Shown here one piece after another: positions 25,101 to 31,568 of a DNA stretch of 64,000 nt. Numbering within the stretch: the first letter of the stretch is position 1; each line of letters opens with the position of its first letter. This stretch comes from Candidatus Nealsonbacteria bacterium. GTDB taxonomy: Bacteria; Patescibacteriota; Minisyncoccia; Minisyncoccales; JANBVM01. The position numbers and the translations under genes are program-made. Location: the NCBI GenBank assembly GCA_047456315.1, contig CP179889.1, forward strand, positions 512,776 to 576,775, in the 5' to 3' direction. Under the pieces are notes generated by a model. The model was not told where the DNA came from, made no database searches, and was given only the letters and a program-made list of their open reading frames with translations.

Positions 25101-25719
25101 GGTAATTAAGTATTTTCTTTTCATTGAATTTTAATGTGTTAAAAATCTGCTCATCAGGTTCAAAGGTAATAATTGTTCCAGTGGTTCTAGATTTACCCAC
25201 TTTTCTGACCGCTGTTTTTTTCTTGCCCCGGGCATATTCCTGAGAATATCTGTAACCATCCCTGCAAACTTCTACTTTCATGTATTTAGATAAAGCACAA
25301 ACAACTGAGATACCAACACCATGAAGTCCCCCGCTGGTAACATAAGCTTTTCCTCCAAACTTACCTCCAGCATGAAGGGTTGTCATTATTGTTTCCAAAG
25401 CTGATTTTTTTGTTAAGGCATGTCTGTCAACAGGAATTCCTCTTCCATTATCTTCAACCTTAACTCTGTTATTGGGCAAAAGCCAAACTTTAATATCATC
25501 ACAATAACCCATTATCGCCTCATCAATACTATTTCCAACAATTTCTTTTATTAAATGATGCAAACCATCAGGACCTGTTGAACCAATATACATTGCTGGT
25601 CTTTTTCTGACTGGCTCCAATCCCTTCAATACAAAAATATCCTTAGCAGTGTAAGTTGATTTAGTTTTTTTAACTCTTTTTGCTCTAGCTTTTACTTTCT
25701 TTTTAGTTTTTTTAGCCAT
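22180..25719 (-). CDS. gyrB: DNA gyrase subunit B interrupted by an in-frame intein
   Basis: GHKL ATPase (EIVGNSIDEA, NGRGIP, GGLHGVG) and TOPRIM EGESAGGS. The extein junction ..IVIMCDAD | SDGNHIKTLLLTLFYR restores the DxDxDG motif. The ORF track starts at 25749; MAKKTKKK at 25719 is the more likely start. Confidence 0.92.
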   Translation of the reverse strand: MAKKTKKKVKARAKRVKKTKSTYTAKDIFVLKGLEPVRKRPAMYIGSTGPDGLHHLIKEIVGNSIDEAIMGYCDDIKVWLLPNNRVKVEDNGRGIPVDRHALTKKSALETIMTTLHAGGKFGGKAYVTSGGLHGVGISVVCALSKYMKVEVCRDGYRYSQEYARGKKKTAVRKVGKSRTTGTIITFEPDEQIFNTLKFNEKKILNYLRQQAYLTKGVRITFFDQRVKPHKTYAVYFEGGIISYIKYLIRTSPPVNQTIFYCSGEKNGILVESAFRYTDDLECVEKTFANNVHTQEGGTHLTGFRSALTRTFNDYAKKNGFLKETDSNFTGEDTREGLTAVISIKVKDPQFEGQTKSKLGNSEAKPIVEQVVSVALADFLERNPNDARAIILKFALAQKARKAAKAAKDTILRKKILDGLALPGKLADCTSRNPEESEIFIVEGESAGGSSRQARDRHFQAILPLRGKILNVERARLDKILNSKEIKSLIIALGTAVSDDFDIEKARYHRIVIMCDADSVTGDTPILIYNKEKQEFFLTEVGEFIENCDDALKYQVLTYNSKNKKSDLKDIYQTIRHPRRTPLYEIKTYCGYPIKITSCHSIYVFENGKVVTKKGDKVKKGDILVFPKKLPHQEKEYVMDLEDAILNSGLENISVKVPQNRIEQVPAMAWCDLNSGSWNQLQKKRELTGISRRVMGELIKVYDRVVQQWEQKIDNVMPRFHQFKQYLSQIEINSKGLDYNLYIPIKSWKGKSAEEVQFYYRNHSRLIKTKFKLGKDLSYLIGFYLGDGYAAFQKKNPNRFSISLNKENSEQYIKKLSQIIEKKFGAKAILDYAKNTNSIDLHFHSLEFKLLLTQLGLLKKKCNEKFIPNTFFNVEKSVQESLIEGLLHSDGFITVWPKDKPRKAIYGWRLSSEKLIQGIMTIFRQWGIFPAYSVSRSKNHFRKDGKLIRSNFKSYDLSVSTVEYLVETKNVWLNHKDSLKLKEYLKKVNYKKLIGKYLQPISQDFIGLKVRNIEKVKNPDNFVYDFSVCGDQNFVAGLGGTLLHNSDGNHIKTLLLTLFYRYFKPLIERGYLYLAQPPLYKIQAGKKIDYAYTESQSKEIIKSFGKNTNISIQRYKGLGEMNAGELWDTTMDPENRTLLQVNIDDEREADRIFDILMGKEVLPRKKFIQSYAKQVKNLDV
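22588..24168 (-). mobile_element. Intein (527 aa) with LAGLIDADG homing-endonuclease domain inside gyrB
   Basis: Starts SVTGDTPILIY (Ser1, AGT at 24168-24166). Block B is TSCHS. LAGLIDADG motifs are LIGFYLGDGYA and LIEGLLHSDGF. Ends VYDFSV..NFVAGLGGTLLHN followed by Ser (+1, TCA at 22587-22585). Confidence 0.85.
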
Positions 25720-25771
25720 AATTTTTAACTGAATTAAAATAAAAAACAATTCTTAACCAGAACTAATACTG

Positions 25772-27802
25772 TTATTTTCTTACCTCCCAGTCTGGTTCTT
25801 GTTCTAAAACTTTAATGATTTTATTCTGAATATTATCTATTTCTTTTGAAGATAAAGTTTTATCCTCTGCCTGGTAAACAATGTGAAAGGCCAGATTCTT
25901 TTTCCCTTCAGTAATTTCTTCTCCTTCATAAATATCAAATAAATCAATATCTCTTATTAAACTCCCGCCAACTGCATTAATTTTATTTAAAACCTGCTCA
26001 ACTAAAACATCTCTTGGCACTAAAACTGCAATATCTCTTACTGCAGATGGATATGGTGATATTGGCTGAAACTCAGCTTCTTCTGAACACAATTTCTGTA
26101 ATTTTTCAAAATCAAAATCAAATAGTATTGCCTTTGACTTTAGTTTTAATTTCTCAGTAATTTCAGAAGAAATCTCACCTAAAAATCCAATCTCTTCTTG
26201 TCCAACTTTAATTTCAGCGCATCTTTTAGGATGCCAGATAGAGGTCTTTGACTCTTCTGGAGTGGCTTTGTACTCATCATACCAGATATCACTTATTCCT
26301 AATTTATTTAAAAGCACATCAACAACTCCTTTTGTTTCATAAAAAGCATCTCCGCTAATAACACCTGTTAACATTCTTTTTTCACTTATCTTTGATTTTT
26401 TAAAAGCTTTGCCAATTTCAAACATTCTAATGTCCTTAAAATGCTTCTGGTTTTCATGCAAAACCTTTAACATATTAGGAATCAAGCTTGGCCTTAAATA
26501 TTGATACTCAGCGCTTAAGGGGTTCTCAAGCTCCAGCATATCTGAAATATTATAGCCAAATATCTTACCCTGATTTTTACTGACAAAAGAATAATTATAT
26601 GTTTCAGAAAATCCAGCTTCTTTTAATATGTCTTTTACCATGTTCTCCCAGAAAATATTAAAGTTTCTTGGAGGCGGAATTAGGGCGCCTCTAGGAAAAG
26701 CTAAGGAAATGTTTTCATAGCCATAGATTCTTCCAATTTCCTCAATTAAATCCTCCTCTATTAAAACATCTAATCTAAAGGTTGGAACTATAATTAAAAG
26801 CTGTTTACTGGTTGATTTTTTTGCAATATCAAAACCTAAACTTTTTAAAATACTTTTAACTTTTGAAGCTGGAATTTTCACCCCTAACAAGCTTTGTACA
26901 TAATTCAAATCCAGTTTGATTTTTTTAACCACTGGTTTTTTAGGATAAAAATCAATTAATCCTTTACAAACCTTACCCTGAGCCAATTCTTCTATTAAAT
27001 AACTGGCTCTTTTAATTGCAACTTCAGTTAAATTTAAATCAATTCCATGCTCAAATCTCCAAGAAGCATCTGTTTTCAAATCTATTGCTTTAGAACCCTT
27101 ACGAATGGTTTTAGCATTAAAATTAGCTGATTCTAAAACAATATTCCTGGTCTTTTTATCTATCTCAGCTTTTTTTCCTCCTTTAATTCCTGCAATTGCT
27201 AAAGGTTTCTTTATATCAGCAATAACTAAAATATTTTTATCCAATCCATACCTTTCATCATCTAAAGTTGTAATTCTGTCGCTCTTTTGAGCGCGCCTGA
27301 TAATTAATTTTCTCTCAGCAATCTTGTCTAGATCAAAAGCATGAAGGGGCTGGCCTGTTTCAAGCATCACATAATTTGCAATATCAACTATATTATTAAT
27401 TGGTTTCAATCCTAAAACCTTTAATCTTTCTTTAATCCAGCTAGGTGAAGGACCGACCTTAACATCAGTAATTACGCCAGCTGTATATCTGTGGCAATCT
27501 TTTCTGCTTTTAACCTGTACTTTTAAAAAATCTTTTGCCTTGTTTTTAGTTTCTTTAACGATTTGTTTTGGAAATTCAAGTCCGTAACTTAAAATAGCTG
27601 AAATTTCTCTTGCTATTCCTAAATGGGAAAAACAATCTGCTCCCCTATTGGGTAAAACATCAATATCAAGTGTAAAATCATTGCCTTGTTTTTCAACTTC
27701 CTCAACTTCAAAAAAATGCATTGATAAAATCTCTGCCAGTTTTTCTGGTTTTGGTAATTTCTTTTTGAAAAATGATTGTAACCAGTTATATGAAAACAAC
27801 AT
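25772..27802 (-). CDS. pheT: Phenylalanyl-tRNA synthetase beta subunit
   Basis: 676 aa; MLFSYNWLQSF start, B3/4, B5 and FDX-ACB-like C-terminal regions. Confidence 0.93.
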   Translation of the reverse strand: MLFSYNWLQSFFKKKLPKPEKLAEILSMHFFEVEEVEKQGNDFTLDIDVLPNRGADCFSHLGIAREISAILSYGLEFPKQIVKETKNKAKDFLKVQVKSRKDCHRYTAGVITDVKVGPSPSWIKERLKVLGLKPINNIVDIANYVMLETGQPLHAFDLDKIAERKLIIRRAQKSDRITTLDDERYGLDKNILVIADIKKPLAIAGIKGGKKAEIDKKTRNIVLESANFNAKTIRKGSKAIDLKTDASWRFEHGIDLNLTEVAIKRASYLIEELAQGKVCKGLIDFYPKKPVVKKIKLDLNYVQSLLGVKIPASKVKSILKSLGFDIAKKSTSKQLLIIVPTFRLDVLIEEDLIEEIGRIYGYENISLAFPRGALIPPPRNFNIFWENMVKDILKEAGFSETYNYSFVSKNQGKIFGYNISDMLELENPLSAEYQYLRPSLIPNMLKVLHENQKHFKDIRMFEIGKAFKKSKISEKRMLTGVISGDAFYETKGVVDVLLNKLGISDIWYDEYKATPEESKTSIWHPKRCAEIKVGQEEIGFLGEISSEITEKLKLKSKAILFDFDFEKLQKLCSEEAEFQPISPYPSAVRDIAVLVPRDVLVEQVLNKINAVGGSLIRDIDLFDIYEGEEITEGKKNLAFHIVYQAEDKTLSSKEIDNIQNKIIKVLEQEPDWEVRK

Positions 27803-27807
27803 AACTT

Positions 27808-28845
27808 TTAAAATTGTTTTAAAAATCTTAAATCTCCTTTGTAAAACAACCTGATGTCATTTATCTTGCATTTCATCATTGCTAATCTATCCAGGCCCAT
27901 ACCAAAAGCAAAACCCTGCCAGTTTTTAGGATTAAGCCCAGAGTTTTTCAAAACATTAGGATGAACCATACCAGCGCCCATCATTTCCTGCCAGCCGGTT
28001 CTGCCGCAAGCGGCACATCCTTTACCCAGGCAAACTGTACAGCTCATATCAACTTCAAAAGATGGTTCAGTAAAAGGAAAATAGCTTGGTCTCATTCGAA
28101 TCTTTACTGGTTTCTTAAAAAATCTTCTGTAAAACTCTTGAATAATTGTCTTAAAATTGGCAGCTGATATTTCCTTATCAATCATTAATCCTTCAAGCTG
28201 GTAGAAATTAAACTCATGATAAGCATCAGTTGCTTCATGACGGAATATCCTTCCTGGAACAATAATTCTAAGCGGAGGGTTGTTCTTCTCCATGTAGCGT
28301 ATCTGAACTGGTGAAGTATGAGTTCTCAGCAGCATTCCATTTTTTAAATAAAATGTATCCCACAGATCCCTTGCTGGATGATCTTTGGGAATATTTAAAG
28401 CATCAAAATTATACCAAACAGTTTCAACCTCAGGTCCTTCAATCACTGAAAAACCCATTAATTGAAAAATCTCTTCTGCTTCTCTTTTAGTCTGAGTTAA
28501 AGGATGAAGGTGCCCTAGGGCAGGTTTCTTTCCAGGAACAGTAATATCAATCCATTCTTTTTCATTAGATATTTTCAGTGCCTTTTCTTTGATTTTTTGT
28601 GTTTTTTCCTCAATTGCTTTTTTTAAAATCTGTTTCAGCTCATTTGCATCTTTACCTAATTTAACTCTTTTGGTTTTTGGCATTTTCTTTAAAGAACGCA
28701 AAACCTTGGATAATTCACCCTGTTTATCCAAATACTTCTTATAAACATTATTTAAATCCTTGAGATTTTTGCTGTTTTTAATCTCATTTTTAGCTCTTTT
28801 TTCAATGGTTTTGAGCATAATTTTAGCCATATTTCTTATGTTCAT
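27808..28845 (-). CDS. pheS: Phenylalanyl-tRNA synthetase alpha subunit
   Basis: 345 aa; HPARDLWDTFY, RTHTSPVQIR, FRHEATDAYH, GAGMVHPNVL, GFAFGMGLDRLAM. Confidence 0.95.
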   Translation of the reverse strand: MNIRNMAKIMLKTIEKRAKNEIKNSKNLKDLNNVYKKYLDKQGELSKVLRSLKKMPKTKRVKLGKDANELKQILKKAIEEKTQKIKEKALKISNEKEWIDITVPGKKPALGHLHPLTQTKREAEEIFQLMGFSVIEGPEVETVWYNFDALNIPKDHPARDLWDTFYLKNGMLLRTHTSPVQIRYMEKNNPPLRIIVPGRIFRHEATDAYHEFNFYQLEGLMIDKEISAANFKTIIQEFYRRFFKKPVKIRMRPSYFPFTEPSFEVDMSCTVCLGKGCAACGRTGWQEMMGAGMVHPNVLKNSGLNPKNWQGFAFGMGLDRLAMMKCKINDIRLFYKGDLRFLKQF

Positions 28846-28886
28846 TTTAGCTTAAAATTAAGCCAAAATCAAGCTAAACTGTGAAT

Positions 28887-28911
28887 AAAAAAAAGGCCCA
28901 CTTTTAGTGGG
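28887..28911 (-). terminator. Intrinsic terminator after the PyrE-like gene
   Basis: Minus strand CCCACT-aaa-AGTGGG then CC and T8. Confidence 0.6.
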
Positions 28912-28924
28912 AGCAAAAAAACAT

Positions 28925-29548
28925 TTACTGAGCCTTTTGGGCAAGATATTGTCGGCCTTTTCCAACATCTGTATTAATCTGAACTTTTTGAGCACATAAA
29001 GGACATTCTTCTTCGTCAAAAGCTTCAAAGGTTATATTAACCAAGGAAAACACTTCTGGCACCCCTAAGTCTTGACTTGTGATTGCGCCACGATTCCAAA
29101 GAAAGCCTACACCTACTACTATTCCATCCAAAGCCTTTACAGCATCTACTGTTTTTTGAACTGAACCTCCAGTAGTTGTTATATCCTCAACAACTAAGAT
29201 TCTTTTTCCTTTAACGCACTTATCATAGCCACGTTTGAAAATCTTTGTGTTGTTTGGTCCATCTTCAGAATAAATTGCCAAGATGTCCTTGCCAGAGAAC
29301 TGCGTTAGAGTAAAAGCTGTCCATTGGGTTAAAACTACACCACCTATAGCTGGACCAGCAACAATTTCTATGTTTTTGTCTTTAAAGTGTTCGGCTATTC
29401 TTTCGCAAAGCAATTTTACCTTTAAGGGAAACATGTAAAGAGAGTCCTTGTTTACATATACTTCACCGTGCTTACCAGAAGTATATATAAAATGCCCTTT
29501 TAATATTGCTCTTGTTTCTTCAAAAATCCTTATAATTTCTTCTTCCAT
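28925..29548 (-). CDS. pyrE: Type I phosphoribosyltransferase, orotate PRTase-like
   Basis: 207 aa; PRPP loop ILVVEDITTTGGS and N-terminal GHFIYTSGKHGEVYVNKD. Confidence 0.65.
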   Translation of the reverse strand: MEEEIIRIFEETRAILKGHFIYTSGKHGEVYVNKDSLYMFPLKVKLLCERIAEHFKDKNIEIVAGPAIGGVVLTQWTAFTLTQFSGKDILAIYSEDGPNNTKIFKRGYDKCVKGKRILVVEDITTTGGSVQKTVDAVKALDGIVVGVGFLWNRGAITSQDLGVPEVFSLVNITFEAFDEEECPLCAQKVQINTDVGKGRQYLAQKAQ

Positions 29549-29697
29549 TTTTAATTACCTAATAAATTTTAAAGAGCTGAATAAACTCCTGTTGTCCAAG
29601 ATTAAACAATTAAACAAGAGTCGTCAATAGAAGAATATATGAAAAAATATTTTTATATTTCCATACCTTATATGTTAAAATTAGCAAAATACATATC

Positions 29698-29908
29698 TAA
29701 AAAAGAAAAAGCAGGAGCTGTGGAGGAATAAGGTTATGTATTGACCTTAAAATCTCTAACTCCTGCATGATTGTAGGGATACTGAAGTTACTGTTAAATA
29801 TTTGAATCCAAAATTTTAAAAAGTGATAAAGCGATATAAGTCTCGCAGGCGAAATCTAATATCATGATGTTAGGATTCAAAATTCAACAGCCCAGTATCC
29901 TTTCTACC
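29698..29908 (-). ncRNA. Unclassified structured small RNA (about 210 nt) with its own promoter and terminator
   Basis: Minus-strand unit. Predicted TSS is near 29908. Rod-like helix: GUAG/CUAC, GGAUACUG (29893-29900) / CAGUAUCC (29777-29784), CUGUU/AACAG (29886-29890 / 29791-29795), UUUGAAUCC/GGAUUCAAA (29873-29881 / 29801-29809), GAUAU/AUAUC. A 3' hairpin GCAGGAG...CUCCUGC (29760-29766 / 29711-29717) is followed by UUUUUCUUUUUU. Confidence 0.5.
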
Positions 29909-29914
29909 TTTTTT

Positions 29915-29944
29915 ATTATACCACGCATTTTCTTATTTTGTCAA
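29915..29944 (-). promoter_or_regulatory. Strong sigma70-like promoter TTGACA-18-(TGg)TATAAT driving the small RNA
   Basis: TTGACA is the reverse complement of 29939-29944. TATAAT is the reverse complement of 29915-29920, preceded by TGg (extended -10). Confidence 0.6.
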
Positions 29945-29972
29945 TCACAAAACCCGAGCTACCAACTCGGGT
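29941..29972 (-). terminator. Hairpin terminator closing the tRNA/hydrolase transcription unit
   Basis: Minus strand ACCCGAG-ttggtag-CTCGGGT followed by TTTTGTGATTG. Confidence 0.5.
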
Positions 29973-29986
29973 CTTAATGCTTACTC

Positions 29987-30031
29987 TATACAATTACATC
30001 CGATTCTATACAATTTTATATAATGCGGGGA
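29987..30031. repeat. Direct repeat copy A (31 nt + GCGGGGA) of the tRNA-Asp 3' end and flank
   Basis: tatacaattacatccGattCTatacaatttt (29987-30017), a 7-nt insert atataat, then gcgggga (30025-30031). Matches 30715-30752 with 3 mismatches. Confidence 0.75.
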
Positions 30032-30144
30032 TGGTTGGACATAGTTAGAACTGGCTACTGGTCTAGGTTTTCGACCCTAAAAACAGTAAAATCTTTTTAG
30101 TTTCTTGAGGAACGGACTTTGTTAGAACCTTTTTGGTAGGTAAT

Positions 30145-30669
30145 TTATTTTAAAATACATTTCTCAAGCATAGGAAAATCAATAGCGTCAAAGTGATCAT
30201 CCCCATCAACTTTAATCAATTTACCATTAACATAGGTAGCTAAACTCTCTCCATGTTCCAATGGCACCCAAGGGTCTTTCGTTTGATTTAAAATAAAAAA
30301 TTCTTCACAGTTCTGTTTAATTTTCTGCCAATCAAAATTTGGTTCAAAAAAATTATTTGTTGGTTTAAAACTCAACTTCTCGATTGGTGTTGCAATTAAA
30401 ACACATCTCTTTATTTTTTCATCTATTTTTTCTAAGTAATTCAATATAACAGTTCCACCTAAGCTATGACCAACAAGAACTGACCTGCTGTCAGGGTCAA
30501 AATCTTCAATCACCTTTATCCATTGTTCTTTTTTAGGATGGAAAGTATTAGGCATATCAGGAACAAAAACTTTATGACCTAACTTTTCTAATCTCTCCTT
30601 TTCTTCTAAAAACCAATGTTCTTTTGAATTACTTTCCCATCCATGAAGTATTAGAATTCTTTTATTCAT
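30145..30669 (-). CDS. Alpha/beta serine hydrolase, YdeN/RBBP9-like
   Basis: 174 aa; ILILHGW, nucleophile elbow GHSLGG, C-terminal DDHF. Confidence 0.75.
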   Translation of the reverse strand: MNKRILILHGWESNSKEHWFLEEKERLEKLGHKVFVPDMPNTFHPKKEQWIKVIEDFDPDSRSVLVGHSLGGTVILNYLEKIDEKIKRCVLIATPIEKLSFKPTNNFFEPNFDWQKIKQNCEEFFILNQTKDPWVPLEHGESLATYVNGKLIKVDGDDHFDAIDFPMLEKCILK

Positions 30670-30683
30670 ATTTTGATTTTATC

Positions 30684-30704
30684 AAAAAACCGCCTGTTTG
30701 GCGA
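30684..30704 (-). terminator. Weak hairpin + T6 after the tRNA cluster
   Basis: Minus strand TCGCC-aaaca-GGCGG followed by TTTTTTG. The stem is only 4-5 bp. Confidence 0.35.
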
Positions 30705-30714
30705 TTTTTCTTAA

Positions 30715-30752
30715 TATACAATTACATCCAATTACATACAATTTTGCGGGGA
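30715..30752. repeat. Direct repeat copy B (tRNA-Asp 3' end plus 31-nt downstream flank)
   Basis: tatacaattacatccAattACatacaatttt (30715-30745) + gcgggga (30746-30752, the 3' acceptor end of tRNA-Asp). Confidence 0.75.
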
Positions 30753-30820
30753 CGACGGGACTCGAACCCGCAACCTCTGGATCGACAATCCAGAGCTCTA
30801 ACCAATTGAGCTACGTCCCC
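30747..30820 (-). tRNA. tRNA-Asp (GUC)
   Basis: Reverse complement GGGGACG TA GCTC AATTGGTTA GAGC T CTGGA TTGTCGA TCCAG AGGTT GCGGG TTCGAGT CCCGT CGTCCCC G. Canonical cloverleaf; CCA not encoded. Confidence 0.92.
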
Positions 30821-30849
30821 TTATTCAAAAATCACAAATAGTGATTTTG

Positions 30850-30922
30850 TGCCGGTGACAGGAGTTGCACCCGTAACCTTGAGCTTATGATGCTCCTGCT
30901 CTAACTGTTGAGCTACACCGGC
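30850..30922 (-). tRNA. tRNA with CAU anticodon (elongator Met or Ile2), atypical T-loop
   Basis: GCCGGTG TA GCTC AACAGTTA GAGC A GGAGC ATCATAA GCTCA AGGTT ACGGG TGCAACT CCTGT CACCGGC A. G1:C72 pair. T-loop is UGCAACU (G at position 55) and the D-loop lacks GG. Confidence 0.75.
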
Positions 30923-30936
30923 TCTACCAAAGAATG

Positions 30937-31007
30937 TTGCGGTGCCCCGAATTGCACGGGGGTCTCCAGCTTATGGGACTGGCGAGGTACTACTCCTCTA
31001 CACCGCG
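30937..31007 (-). tRNA. Initiator-like tRNA-fMet (CAU), atypical loops
   Basis: CGCGGTG TA GAGG AGTAGTA CCTC G CCAGT CCCATAA GCTGG AGAC CCCCG TGCAATT CGGGG CACCGCA A. The C1xA72 mismatch and A11:U24 pair are initiator hallmarks. The anticodon loop has C33, and the T-loop is UGCAAUU. Confidence 0.7.
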
Positions 31008-31050
31008 TCAAGTAAACACATTCTATATTTTTTCACCCTTAAAGTCAACG

Positions 31051-31563
31051 CTAAAGCACCTGTAAATTCTCCAGAGCCTCCTCATAAACCTGTAAAATCT
31101 TGCGAGCTTCTACTGGGTCTAAGTGGTAATCTGGATTAGCAACCATATTCAAACGAACCTGATGAGCTTTTTTGACCTGCTCAATATTTTCAAGAATATC
31201 AGGAGCCATGGGATCAAGACGCTCTTTTAAACTCTGACCCTTAAACCCCATTCTTATCAGTATCTCATTTAATAAATTATCTGCCTCAACAATAGCTAAC
31301 CTTGTTTCAGCTTCACTAATACGGGACTTTTCCCTGACTTTAACCCATCTTTTTTTTACAGTCGCCAAGCCATGATATTTATAAGTAAGAAACTCCATCC
31401 AGTCCCAAATCATTAACTGATGAAGCCAATCAGTTTTTATCAAGGCAAAAATAATAAATAATATAAATAACAAACTAAAGATTATGAAAACTAATTTCAG
31501 TATTAAAAGATTACCGCTTAAAGCAGGATTTAAAATAAATTGAATAATAGTTTCTAAGGCCAT
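31051..31563 (-). CDS. Hypothetical membrane protein
   Basis: 170 aa; N-terminal TM helix LLILKLVFIIFSLLFILFIIFALI, then a helical soluble domain. No recognised motif. Confidence 0.6.
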   Translation of the reverse strand: MALETIIQFILNPALSGNLLILKLVFIIFSLLFILFIIFALIKTDWLHQLMIWDWMEFLTYKYHGLATVKKRWVKVREKSRISEAETRLAIVEADNLLNEILIRMGFKGQSLKERLDPMAPDILENIEQVKKAHQVRLNMVANPDYHLDPVEARKILQVYEEALENLQVL

Positions 31564-31568
31564 ATAAG

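Noticed and set aside
29700-29768. 22-codon ORF MQELEILRSIHNLIPPQLLLFLF on the minus strand inside the small-RNA unit (possible leader peptide or type I toxin)
   Set aside because: No SD and not at the predicted TSS. The ORF simply spans the terminator hairpin. There is no codon bias relating it to the downstream PRTase. It cannot be supported from sequence alone.
29698-29908. Assigning the structured RNA to SRP (4.5S) RNA, 6S RNA or a purine/PRPP riboswitch
   Set aside because: The apex lacks the GNAR tetraloop and the GGAA/AGCA loops of SRP domain IV. There is no three-way junction with kissing loops as in purine riboswitches. The rod (about 135 nt) is short for 6S. The class is left open pending a covariance-model search.
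30025-30144. tmRNA (GGGG... start and a GGTTTTCGAC motif) or a fourth intact tRNA next to the hydrolase gene
   Set aside because: No acceptor/T-arm pairing, no tag reading frame and no CCA-proximal T-loop. The plus-strand reading would run into the hydrolase gene. A decayed copy of the tRNA-Asp 3' part explains it better, so it is reported only as a finding.
29987-30752. Calling the hydrolase region an integrative mobile element or genomic island
   Set aside because: It holds only one cargo gene (about 0.7 kb) and no integrase, transposase or inverted repeats. The repeats include tRNA-flanking sequence rather than only the tRNA 3' end. It is treated as a duplication or insertion scar only.
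30821-30849. Hairpin AAAATCAC-aaata-GTGATTTT between tRNA-Asp and tRNA-CAU as a terminator
   Set aside because: The T-run is part of the stem itself. It lies inside a probable co-transcribed tRNA cluster. It is more likely a processing spacer, with insufficient evidence for a separate call.
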